A stretch of 64,000 nucleotides of DNA from Acidobacteriota bacterium (lineage in GTDB: Bacteria; Bacteroidota; Ignavibacteria; UBA10030; UBA8401), in contig JBLMZA010000159.1 in assembly GCA_050258555.1 (NCBI GenBank), positions 1,906 through 65,905 of the forward strand, given 5' to 3'. Below are positions 46,033 through 55,197 of the stretch, one piece after another; position 1 is the first letter of the stretch, and each line of letters starts with the position of its first letter. The notes below the pieces were generated by a model. It was not told where the DNA came from. It saw nothing but the letters and a program-made list of their open reading frames with translations, and ran no database searches. A program made the position numbers and the translations under genes.

Positions 46033-48060
46033 ATGACCCGGATGATCCTGCTTTGTACCGCTTTCCTGCTTTTGCAATCCACCCTTCCTGCCGAATGGAA
46101 ACAGATCGACGGTCCGTATGGCGGACCTGTCAACGCAATGACGATGGTCGGCAGCGTCATTCTTGCGGGAACGAATGGGGCGGGAGTTTTCCGGTCTACA
46201 GATCTGGGCGCCTCATGGTCGCAAACCGACCTGAATAACGTTTCCGTACTTTCTTTGACCAGGCAGAGCGATCGTGTCTTGGCCGGTACGGACAAAGGAA
46301 TATTTGTATCGGGCGACGGCGGGATCCATTGGTCACCGATTACTCCTGAAGGTTCGCCGATGTATGCCGCGGCCATCGCGTGCGTCGGGACCCATCTTTA
46401 TGCCGGCCTATTCGGAGGAATGCTTCGCTCATCCGACGATGGCGCCACATGGAATCCGGTCGATGGCGTGCCGTCCTCGGTGTGGATCAACGCTATCACG
46501 TCACTGGGCGGGACGATCTTCGTCGGCACGAATGGAAGCGGCGTGTACCGGTCGACGGACAGCGGGAAGACGTGGACCAGCGTGCGGACCGGCCTGACAA
46601 ACCTCACGGTCGGTGCGATCGCCGCGGCTGGAAACACGATCCTTGCCGGAACGGGCCACGGCGTATTCCGTTCGACGGATAACGGGACGACATGGAAACC
46701 GACAGAGTTTCCGAATGAAGAAGTCCGCGCCGTGGCATTTTCCGGGACAAAAGTCTATGCGGCTTCTTCACGAAGCGTCTATCAATCTGCAGACGACGGC
46801 GCGACATGGCTGTCGATGAACTTCCCGAGTCAGTATAACCCCCACATCCAGGCGATCGCCGTCTACGGATCGAAAATCTTTACCGGCACGAACGTGGGAG
46901 TGATCATGACGTCCACCGGCGGCATCAGCTGGACGCAAGCCAACACCGGTCTGAACAATCTTCCCATCGGCAGTCTTGCCGTCGCCGGATCGGTTACCTA
47001 TGCCGGTTCCGATTATCAATCCTATTCCTCATCCGATCAGCGGAAGCACTGGGTTCCGATGGGGCTCACCGGGTCTGTCAGAGGATTCGTACCGATCGGT
47101 GATACGCTCTTTGCCGGGATATCGGGAGGCGGAGTGATGCGTCACCCGGACATCTGGATGTTCTGGGAACAGGCCATCAATGGCATGACCAACATCGATG
47201 TGTCGTGTCTTCTGTCGCATCGCGGCAGGCTGATTGCCGGCACAGCCGGAGGCATTTTCATTTCTTCCGATAAGGGAGCATCGTGGACAGCCTCCAATTC
47301 GGGACTTGCCAATGTCATGGTGAATGCCGTCGTCGTCAACGATACGGAGATGTATGCGGGAACCAATGGCGGCGTCTATCGATCGTCCGATGGCGGAACG
47401 ACGTGGGGCTCGGCAGGCACCGGCGTTGCCGGCCGGAAGATCAACTCGCTTGCGATTGCCGGACGCGATGTGTACGCCGGAACAGAGCATGGCGTCTATC
47501 ATTCGGCAGACCGGGGGAGCAGCTGGGAGCAGTCCGGAAACTCGGTGCTGACGATGCCGGTGCTCTGTCTTGTTGAAAGCGGATCGCTGATCTTTGCCGG
47601 AACACTGCGGAAGGGCGTCTATATGTCCGCCGACCACGGAACGACCTGGACGTCATGCGGAATGGCTGACATGACCATCAACTGCATGGCGTTCGACGGC
47701 AGCGATCTTCTTGCCGGCACACAAGGAAGAGGCGTGTGGTCCCGCTCTCTGTCTGAGATGGTCACGCATGCGGACGCTGTGGCCGCATCCGTACCCGATC
47801 GAATGCTGCTGTATCAGAATTATCCGAATCCATTCAATCCTCAGACGACCATCGCTTTTACCCTCGCCGATCGTACGCAGGTCTTGCTGCATATCGTGAA
47901 TGCGCTCGGCGAGGAAATCGCCACACTTGAGTCGGGAGATTTGTCGCGTGGGACCTACACGCGTGTATGGAATGCCGCCGGATTACCGAGCGGCGTGTAT
48001 TTCTGCCGTCTGCGTGCGGGCACTGCTTCGGTCACGCGAAAGCTGATGTTTCTTCAATGA
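46033..48060 (+). CDS. Secreted BNR/Asp-box beta-propeller protein with T9SS-type C-terminal domain
   Basis: Signal peptide; repeated AGTxxGVYRSxDxGxTW; C-terminal QNYPNPFNPQT...LPSGVYFCRL. Confidence 0.85.
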   Translation: MTRMILLCTAFLLLQSTLPAEWKQIDGPYGGPVNAMTMVGSVILAGTNGAGVFRSTDLGASWSQTDLNNVSVLSLTRQSDRVLAGTDKGIFVSGDGGIHWSPITPEGSPMYAAAIACVGTHLYAGLFGGMLRSSDDGATWNPVDGVPSSVWINAITSLGGTIFVGTNGSGVYRSTDSGKTWTSVRTGLTNLTVGAIAAAGNTILAGTGHGVFRSTDNGTTWKPTEFPNEEVRAVAFSGTKVYAASSRSVYQSADDGATWLSMNFPSQYNPHIQAIAVYGSKIFTGTNVGVIMTSTGGISWTQANTGLNNLPIGSLAVAGSVTYAGSDYQSYSSSDQRKHWVPMGLTGSVRGFVPIGDTLFAGISGGGVMRHPDIWMFWEQAINGMTNIDVSCLLSHRGRLIAGTAGGIFISSDKGASWTASNSGLANVMVNAVVVNDTEMYAGTNGGVYRSSDGGTTWGSAGTGVAGRKINSLAIAGRDVYAGTEHGVYHSADRGSSWEQSGNSVLTMPVLCLVESGSLIFAGTLRKGVYMSADHGTTWTSCGMADMTINCMAFDGSDLLAGTQGRGVWSRSLSEMVTHADAVAASVPDRMLLYQNYPNPFNPQTTIAFTLADRTQVLLHIVNALGEEIATLESGDLSRGTYTRVWNAAGLPSGVYFCRLRAGTASVTRKLMFLQ

Positions 48061-48090
48061 CCGCGTGCGCGATCGAAGCGTGTGCGCTGC

Positions 48091-48119
48091 TTGCTATTCT
48101 CTTCCAAATCCGGTACTAT
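48091..48119 (+). promoter_or_regulatory. sigma70-type promoter
   Basis: TTGCTA-N17-TACTAT, 35 nt before the ATG at 48155. Confidence 0.5.
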
Positions 48120-48154
48120 TCGTTGTCGACTCGAACATGACCTGGGAGGGGACC

Positions 48155-50695
48155 ATGACTTCGCGTGTCAGAACCATCCTTCTGGCGGCATGCCTCTGTG
48201 TTTCAACCGCCGCTCGCTCGTTCCAGCAATTCGATCCTGCCGTCTACCGGCAGTTTCTCACCACGCATCAGAACATGACGCCGGAACAGCTGCTCCGGTT
48301 CCGGCCGGCAGGCGCATTTTTGAAGACCGCGCCGACGCCATTCAGCACCGCGCTCTATTCCGATTCCATACAGGCAAAATATCCGCTCACGGCGTACGAA
48401 CGCTCGCTCATCGAAAGGAACGGGTTCGTGGTCACGGAGCGCATCGCTCCGCAGTCGTTCGGCGCCGCATTCGACGAGATCTGGCACAAGGATCTGCCCG
48501 TGTTCATCTCGACCGACGCCATTCTCCATGCGATACACATGTCGTACGATGCGATGCTGAAGAGCACCGAAGAACAGATTCTGATCGAACGGCTCGATAC
48601 GCTCCTGACACGTGTGCATCGGCGGCTTCCAACGCTCGCTTCGGCGTATGCCGGCACAAGCGGCATGACGCAGCCGCTGAGGGACGTCGATCTCTATTGC
48701 ACGATTCCGCTTCGGCTGCTGCGAGGAAACGCCGTGGCGACAGCCTTTCCGGAAACCAGCCCGGCCGCGGATGCGCTCATGAAGCTGATCGCTTCGGAAC
48801 AGCCGCACTCCTATGCGCTCTTTTCTTCCGTTCCCAGGACGATCGATTTCAGCCAGTTCAAGGTCAGGGGGCATTACACGCAGTCGCCGGCGCTAGGCCG
48901 CTACTTCCAATCGATGATCTGGCTCGGTCGGACGGAACTGTATCTCATCGCACCGGTCAACTCGATTCCGCCGCAGACGAATGCCGACATACAGCGTCAG
49001 GCAGTCGATGCCGTGCTTGTTTCAGAAGCGGTGAAGGGCGCATCGGCCGACAGCGTGCTTGAAGAGATCGACGGCATGATCCGCTTCTTCGCCGGAGAGT
49101 CGGACAACGTGACGCTTCGGAATCTGCGCACGCTCATCGATGCGGTGCATCTGTCGAATGCCGCCGACCTGCTCGACTCCGCGCGATGGGCGGCGTTTCA
49201 GGAGACGCTCAAGAAGCAGTCCTTCGCCGATCAGCGGATCCTCTCTCAGATCATCATTTCCGATCCGTCGGATCCCGATCAGATTCGTCCGGCCTCGGCG
49301 TTCCTTCTTCTGGGGCAGCGGTTCGTCATCGACTCGTATGTAACCGGCAGCGTGGTCTTCGACAAGATCCTCTTCGAGAACAGGAAGATTTGGCGGCCGC
49401 TTCCGTCGAATCTCGATGTGCTCTTCACGCTGGGCAACGACGCCGCGGCGCAGCTGCTGGGTCCGGAGCTTTCGAAATATCATTATGCGACGAACCTCGC
49501 GTCGCTCCGGTATCTCGTCGATGCGTATGAACAGGAATTCTGGGAAAGCACGCTCTACAACAACTGGCTTCATTCGATCCGCGCGCTGAGTCCGCCGGCC
49601 GACCGGAGCATGCTGCCGGCCTTCATGCGCACGGCGGCCTGGTGGCAGGAGAAGATGAATACCCAGCTCGCCTCATGGGCGCAGCTCAGGCATGACAATC
49701 TGCTCTATGCGAAGCAGTCGTACACGGGCGGAACGATCTGCTCGTTTCCCGAAGGGTATGTCGAACCCATTCCGGAATTCTATGCGCGCATCAGACAGTT
49801 CGCTTCCATCGCGGCTTCCCGTTTTAAAACCGGGTTCGCTGCGCGGCTCGGCTTCGACTCGTACTGGGAACATGTGAGGGATGTCGCCGACACGCTCGGC
49901 TCGATTGCGCAGAAGGAACTATCGAAGACGCCGCTCACCGACGACGAGAAAGGCTTTCTCCGCCGCATGCTCTTCGTGTATCAGATCTGCGGCGGAGGAT
50001 ATTCCGGGTGGTATTACCGCATGTTCTATACGGGAGCGGAAGGTTTCCGCAGGGACGACCGCATCGTGGCCGACATCCACACATGTCCCACCGATGAAGC
50101 AGGCAACATGGTGGGATGGGTGATGCATGCGGGAACGGGTCCGGTGAACATGGCCGTCGTCACAACGGAACTGCCGGACAATCGGCTCGTCTCGTTCATC
50201 GGTCCCGTGATGAGTTACTATGAGCATGTCAGCGTGAACTTCAAGCGCCTCAGCGATGAAGAGTGGAAGACCGCCTATGCGATGGCTCCGACATTCAGGC
50301 CCGACTTCGTCAATCTGTATCTGGCCGATCAGGAAGGGAAAGCGCGCGCGCAGGGGCCATCGCTTCTGACCGGCGTGGACGATCCGGGCGGGGAGGTGCT
50401 CGTGCCGGCTTCGATCGTCCTCGGCAGAAATTATCCCAATCCGTTCAACGGCACGACGATCATCACATTCACGATTCCGGACCGGTTCACGTCTGCCTAC
50501 ATCGATCTCTCCGTGTACGATGTGCAGGGAAGGAAGGTCAGGACGCTCGTGAACCGGACGATGCCTTCCGGCAAATTTGCCGTGAGCTGGGACGGCTCGA
50601 ACGAACACGGCATGCCGGTTTCAAGCGGCATATATTTCTACCATCTCTCGACGGGGGGCACGCGCCTGATCGGAAAGATGACCCTTGTCAGATAG
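48155..50695 (+). CDS. DUF3160 domain protein with T9SS/FlgD-Ig C-terminal domain
   Basis: PVFISTDAILHAIH, DFSQFKVRGHYT, YFQSMIWLGR, LASWAQLRHDNLLYAKQS, GYVEP, VADIHT, GPVMSYYE; NYPNPFN C-terminus. Confidence 0.85.
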   Translation: MTSRVRTILLAACLCVSTAARSFQQFDPAVYRQFLTTHQNMTPEQLLRFRPAGAFLKTAPTPFSTALYSDSIQAKYPLTAYERSLIERNGFVVTERIAPQSFGAAFDEIWHKDLPVFISTDAILHAIHMSYDAMLKSTEEQILIERLDTLLTRVHRRLPTLASAYAGTSGMTQPLRDVDLYCTIPLRLLRGNAVATAFPETSPAADALMKLIASEQPHSYALFSSVPRTIDFSQFKVRGHYTQSPALGRYFQSMIWLGRTELYLIAPVNSIPPQTNADIQRQAVDAVLVSEAVKGASADSVLEEIDGMIRFFAGESDNVTLRNLRTLIDAVHLSNAADLLDSARWAAFQETLKKQSFADQRILSQIIISDPSDPDQIRPASAFLLLGQRFVIDSYVTGSVVFDKILFENRKIWRPLPSNLDVLFTLGNDAAAQLLGPELSKYHYATNLASLRYLVDAYEQEFWESTLYNNWLHSIRALSPPADRSMLPAFMRTAAWWQEKMNTQLASWAQLRHDNLLYAKQSYTGGTICSFPEGYVEPIPEFYARIRQFASIAASRFKTGFAARLGFDSYWEHVRDVADTLGSIAQKELSKTPLTDDEKGFLRRMLFVYQICGGGYSGWYYRMFYTGAEGFRRDDRIVADIHTCPTDEAGNMVGWVMHAGTGPVNMAVVTTELPDNRLVSFIGPVMSYYEHVSVNFKRLSDEEWKTAYAMAPTFRPDFVNLYLADQEGKARAQGPSLLTGVDDPGGEVLVPASIVLGRNYPNPFNGTTIITFTIPDRFTSAYIDLSVYDVQGRKVRTLVNRTMPSGKFAVSWDGSNEHGMPVSSGIYFYHLSTGGTRLIGKMTLVR

Positions 50696-50703
50696 CGCGT
50701 CGG

Positions 50704-50736
50704 CGGCCCCGGGGGCACGCATCCGCGCCGGGGCCG
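50704..50736 (+). terminator. Hairpin after the DUF3160 gene
   Basis: CGGCCCCGG-N15-CCGGGGCCG; no clear U-tract. Confidence 0.4.
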
Positions 50737-50767
50737 ATTGCGGCGTGCTCTTTACACACTTCGTCTC

Positions 50768-50796
50768 TTGCATTTCCCGCCGTCATTGAATATCTT
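50768..50796 (+). promoter_or_regulatory. sigma70-type promoter of uvrA
   Basis: TTGCAT-N17-TATCTT. Confidence 0.55.
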
Positions 50797-50878
50797 TTAT
50801 GTATGCGTTGTACCGGACCGGATGTGATGCCGACTTTGACAGACGATCAAAAATCTTCTCTTTTTCGAAAAAATTCAC

Positions 50879-53764
50879 TTGGCAGATACGAATAAAGCAA
50901 TCAGTTCCGCGGAAAACCTGCTTGTCATCAAGGGGGCGCGCGAACATAATCTGAAAAACATCGACGTCGATATCCCGCGCGACAAACTGGTGGTCATCAC
51001 CGGGTTGTCGGGATCGGGGAAATCGAGCCTTGCCTTCGACACGATTTACGCGGAAGGGCAGCGCCGATACGTCGAAACGCTGTCGGCCTACGCCCGCCAG
51101 TTTCTCGGCATCATGGAACGGCCGGACCTCGATTATATCGAGGGACTGAGTCCCGCCATTTCCATCGAACAGAAAACCGTCAGCCACAATCCGCGTTCCA
51201 CCGTCGGCACCGTGACGGAGATCTACGATTTCCTGCGCCTGCTTTATGCGCGCGCGGGCACGCAGTTCTGCGTGCAGTGCGGCGGCCGTGTCCAGAAACA
51301 GAGCGTCGACCAGATCATCGATGCCGTCATGGCGCTGCCGCAGAACTCGAAGATTCAGGTGCTCGCTCCGGTCGTGAAGGGACGCAAGGGACATTACCGC
51401 GAGCTCTTCGAGCAGATCGTCAAGGATGGATTCCTTCGCGTCCGCGTCGACGGCGAAGTGAAGGAAATCACGAAGGGGATGAAGGCCGACCGCTACAAGA
51501 TCCACAATATCGAGATTGTGGTCGACCGGCTCATCATTTCGCCGACCATCCGCTCGCGCGTGGCCGATTCGGTCGAAATGGCGCTGCAGTTCGGCGAGGG
51601 CGTGCTCATCATCAACGACGGGAAGACCGACACGCTCTACAGCAAGCATTATTCCTGCCCCGTCTGCAACATCAGCTACGAAGAACCGGCTCCGAACTCG
51701 TTCTCGTTCAATACGCCGTTCGGCGCATGTCCGACCTGTCAGGGACTCGGCGAGATGCACGCCTTCGACATGTCGCTCATCATCCCCGACGATTCGCTCT
51801 CGATACAGGAGGAAGGCATCGCTCCGCTGGGAAAGCCGCGCTCGACGTGGTTCTTCAGCCAGGTGACTGCGGTGCTGCACAAGTACGGGTATGACTTCAC
51901 GACGCCGATCAGGGAGATGAGCAAGGAAGCGTTCAGCGTGCTCATGAACGGTACGGGCCGCGAAAAAATCGAGATCGTCTACACCTATGCCGGCGGGCGG
52001 ACGGCGGTCTACAAGCACCGCTACGACGGCGTGATGGGCATGCTCGAGCGCTATTACGAGAATACCGCATCGCCGAAGATCCGCGAATGGGTCGAAGGCT
52101 TCATGAGCACGAAGCCCTGCAGCGAATGCAAGGGGGGCAGACTCAAGAAGGAATCGCTTGCCGTGCGTCTCGAGCGGACCGATTCGGATGAGCGAAATTC
52201 CATCGCGGACATCGTGCAGCTCTCGCTCACCGAAGCCGAAGAACTCTTCCGGACCATTACGCTTTCGGAGCGGAAGATGGAAATCGCCCGCCCGATCCTG
52301 AAAGAAATCAATCAGCGCCTGAAATTCCTTGTCGATGTCGGACTGGGCTATCTGTCGCTCGACCGCACCAGCCGCACTCTTTCGGGTGGCGAGGCGCAGC
52401 GCATCCGGCTCGCCACGCAAATCGGCTCCCAGCTCGTCGGCGTGCTCTACATTCTGGACGAGCCGTCGATCGGTCTCCATCAGCGCGACAACGACAAGCT
52501 CATTGCCTCACTCAAGCAGCTGCGCGATCTTGGCAACAGCGTGATCGTCGTCGAGCACGACAAGGAAATGATGGAGCAATCCGATTATGTCGTCGATCTG
52601 GGACCCGGAGCGGGCGAGCACGGTGGAGTGGTTGTGGCCGCAGGGCCGCCGGCGAAGCTGAAGTCCATGAAGGGATCGAACGGCGCATCGGCGACGACCG
52701 ATTATCTGAGCGGACGGAAGGCGATCGAGATCCCCGGTGCGCGGCGCGCCGCATCGGACCGCTTTCTTGTTCTGTCGGGCGCCGAAGGCAATAACCTCAA
52801 GAGTCTCACATTGAAGATTCCCCTCGGGCTCTTCGTCTGCATCACCGGCGTGAGCGGCTCGGGCAAGTCGTCGCTCATCAACGAGACATTGTATCCGATC
52901 CTCGCGAAAAAATTCTACAAGGCGAAGCTTCCCACGCTTCCCTACAAATCGTTCAAGGGCATCGACGAGATCGACAAGGTGATCGAGATCGACCAGTCTC
53001 CCATCGGCCGCACGCCGCGCTCGAATCCGGCCACGTACACCGGCATGTTCACCATGATCCGCGATCTCTTCACGCAGCTGCCCGAATCGAAGATCCGCGG
53101 CTACAAGCCCGGTCGCTTCAGCTTCAATGTGAAGGGAGGGCGGTGCGAAGCCTGCGAAGGAGACGGCGTGAAGAAGATCGAGATGAATTTCCTGCCGGAC
53201 GTGTATGTGGAATGCGACGTCTGCCGCGGTGCGCGCTACAACCGCGAGACGCTCGAAGTGCATTACAAGGGCAAATCGATCGCCGATGTGCTCGAGATGA
53301 CGGTCGAAGAGGCGCTCGAATTCTTCAGCGAGCTGCCGACGATACAGCGCAAACTGCAGACGCTCTACGACGTCGGTCTCGGCTACATCCACCTGGGCCA
53401 GCAGGCAACCACGCTCTCCGGCGGCGAGGCGCAGCGCGTGAAGCTCTCGACGGAGCTTTCGAAGATCGGCACGGGCAACACGCTCTACATCCTCGACGAG
53501 CCCACAACAGGACTCCATTTTGACGACGTGAAGATGCTCTTGTCCGTCCTCAACAAGCTCACGGACAAGGGCAATACAGTGATCGTGATCGAGCACAATC
53601 TCGATGTGATCAAGACCGCCGACTGGATCATCGATCTCGGTCCCGAAGGCGGGAAAGCCGGAGGCACGATCGTCGCCGAAGGCACGCCGGAATCGGTCGC
53701 AGCGGTCAAGGAATCGCACACCGGCCGGTATCTGAAGAAGGAATTGCATCCGGCACACAATTGA
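50879..53764 (+). CDS. uvrA: Excinuclease ABC subunit A
   Basis: GAREHNLKN, GLSGSGKSS, AEGQRRY, LSGGEAQRI, GVSGSGKSS, RTPRSNPATY, LDEPTTGLH; TTG start. Confidence 0.98.
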   Translation: MADTNKAISSAENLLVIKGAREHNLKNIDVDIPRDKLVVITGLSGSGKSSLAFDTIYAEGQRRYVETLSAYARQFLGIMERPDLDYIEGLSPAISIEQKTVSHNPRSTVGTVTEIYDFLRLLYARAGTQFCVQCGGRVQKQSVDQIIDAVMALPQNSKIQVLAPVVKGRKGHYRELFEQIVKDGFLRVRVDGEVKEITKGMKADRYKIHNIEIVVDRLIISPTIRSRVADSVEMALQFGEGVLIINDGKTDTLYSKHYSCPVCNISYEEPAPNSFSFNTPFGACPTCQGLGEMHAFDMSLIIPDDSLSIQEEGIAPLGKPRSTWFFSQVTAVLHKYGYDFTTPIREMSKEAFSVLMNGTGREKIEIVYTYAGGRTAVYKHRYDGVMGMLERYYENTASPKIREWVEGFMSTKPCSECKGGRLKKESLAVRLERTDSDERNSIADIVQLSLTEAEELFRTITLSERKMEIARPILKEINQRLKFLVDVGLGYLSLDRTSRTLSGGEAQRIRLATQIGSQLVGVLYILDEPSIGLHQRDNDKLIASLKQLRDLGNSVIVVEHDKEMMEQSDYVVDLGPGAGEHGGVVVAAGPPAKLKSMKGSNGASATTDYLSGRKAIEIPGARRAASDRFLVLSGAEGNNLKSLTLKIPLGLFVCITGVSGSGKSSLINETLYPILAKKFYKAKLPTLPYKSFKGIDEIDKVIEIDQSPIGRTPRSNPATYTGMFTMIRDLFTQLPESKIRGYKPGRFSFNVKGGRCEACEGDGVKKIEMNFLPDVYVECDVCRGARYNRETLEVHYKGKSIADVLEMTVEEALEFFSELPTIQRKLQTLYDVGLGYIHLGQQATTLSGGEAQRVKLSTELSKIGTGNTLYILDEPTTGLHFDDVKMLLSVLNKLTDKGNTVIVIEHNLDVIKTADWIIDLGPEGGKAGGTIVAEGTPESVAAVKESHTGRYLKKELHPAHN

Positions 53765-53807
53765 AAACAGGAATCTCACACACATCCATGGAAGGAATTG
53801 CAGCACG

Positions 53808-54458
53808 ATGGACACAAGGCCGATCATCGTTTCATCCCGCACTCGTTGTACATGCATCGACGCATTGAGCGAACGATATTTTTATGACACACCCATGCCT
53901 GCCTCGCTCATGATGGCCGATGGAACGCAGGCGCCGCAGGCGATTTCAACGGATTTCAGGATCGACTATACGGATGAAGGGCTGATCGTGCTGTTCAGGG
54001 GCAAGTTCGAGCGGCTTCGCTGCGCCGAAGGCCTTGATGTGGAAGAAGGGACAGGAAAGTCGCACGGGCTGTGGATGCACAGCGACGTGTATGAGATCTT
54101 CATCGGCCCGAACGCGCGAGGCACGGGACTCTACAAGGAGTTTCAGGTGTCGCCCGATGGCCGGTTCATCGATATCAGCGTCAACCGCGCTGAGGGCAAG
54201 TCGGACACGAGCTGGAGATCGGGGATGAAGTGCCGGTCGTTCGTCAATGACGCGAAAAAAACATGGTGCGCCGCCATGGAGCTGCCCTGGAACTGTTTCG
54301 ATACGGATTATCGTTCAGATTGTGAATGGAATGCGAATGTGTATCGCGCAACGGGAAACTATCATGGCGATGAACTGCTTGCATGGTCTGCAACGGGATG
54401 CGGAGACGGTGCCTTTCACCGGTATGAACAATTCGGAAGAATCATTTTTGAAAAATAA
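53808..54458 (+). CDS. Carbohydrate-binding family 9-like / DOMON-like domain protein
   Basis: DVYEIFI, YKEFQVSPDG, WCAAMELPW, WNANVYR, LAWS...FHRYEQFG. Confidence 0.7.
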   Translation: MDTRPIIVSSRTRCTCIDALSERYFYDTPMPASLMMADGTQAPQAISTDFRIDYTDEGLIVLFRGKFERLRCAEGLDVEEGTGKSHGLWMHSDVYEIFIGPNARGTGLYKEFQVSPDGRFIDISVNRAEGKSDTSWRSGMKCRSFVNDAKKTWCAAMELPWNCFDTDYRSDCEWNANVYRATGNYHGDELLAWSATGCGDGAFHRYEQFGRIIFEK

Positions 54459-55188
54459 GCCGTCCATACAAGCCCTCGGACCGATACGTACGGCGAGGGC
54501 TTTATTCTATGCGCTTCTGCTCGTGCTCTCGGCACAGAGTGCGCATGCGGAAGCGCCGGCAGGACTGCGCATTTCCGGGGCGCAGCCTGATTCTTCGGCG
54601 CATGAAGCGTCCCTCGCGCCCGATGCGGACGAAGCCGATACGACAGAGTATGAATCAATCCGGTCCACGCCGTATGAGCAGGCCGCACTCATCGGAGCGA
54701 ATGCGATTCTCCTTCCGATCGCGGTCGGCGCCGCCGCCGTGAGCGTCTTTCCGCCGAATCTCGGCATGGTGATCGATGACGGCATTGCGTATGCGGCCGT
54801 CGGATTTGAAACCGGCGTGGGCATCGGCACAAAGCAGCCGACGGGAAAGTTTGCCGATGCGCGGATCATGCTGAACTACACGCATGTCTACAACCGTCAC
54901 CGGCACGATCTCTGGCGCATCGAGGCGGTCAAGGATCAGAATCTGTTCTTTATCGACAGGCGGAATATTTTCGCCTTCGGCGTGAGTCCCATGCTCGGCC
55001 TGTACACGGACGGTCCCAAGCGCGGATATTCGGTCGGATCATCGCTTCGGCTCATGCTGCCCAGTCTGCCGTATTTCGGCATGTTCCCGCTTCACACCAT
55101 CGGCATCACCTATCGCTACAACCAACGCTTCGGCGGCGGCAGTTTCCATACGCTGAGCCTCGGCGTATCCGCCGCCGTCACGTTTTGA
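54448..55188 (+). CDS. Hypothetical outer-membrane protein (TTG start inferred)
   Basis: Signal-peptide-like LFYALLLVLSAQSAHA, amphipathic strands, ends LGVSAAVTF. Confidence 0.55.
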   Translation: MKNKPSIQALGPIRTARALFYALLLVLSAQSAHAEAPAGLRISGAQPDSSAHEASLAPDADEADTTEYESIRSTPYEQAALIGANAILLPIAVGAAAVSVFPPNLGMVIDDGIAYAAVGFETGVGIGTKQPTGKFADARIMLNYTHVYNRHRHDLWRIEAVKDQNLFFIDRRNIFAFGVSPMLGLYTDGPKRGYSVGSSLRLMLPSLPYFGMFPLHTIGITYRYNQRFGGGSFHTLSLGVSAAVTF

Positions 55189-55197
55189 TTCCGCTTT

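Noticed and set aside
50740-50878. Searched for a LexA/SOS box upstream of uvrA
   Set aside because: I saw no palindrome matching SOS boxes I know; only the sigma70-like promoter is supported.
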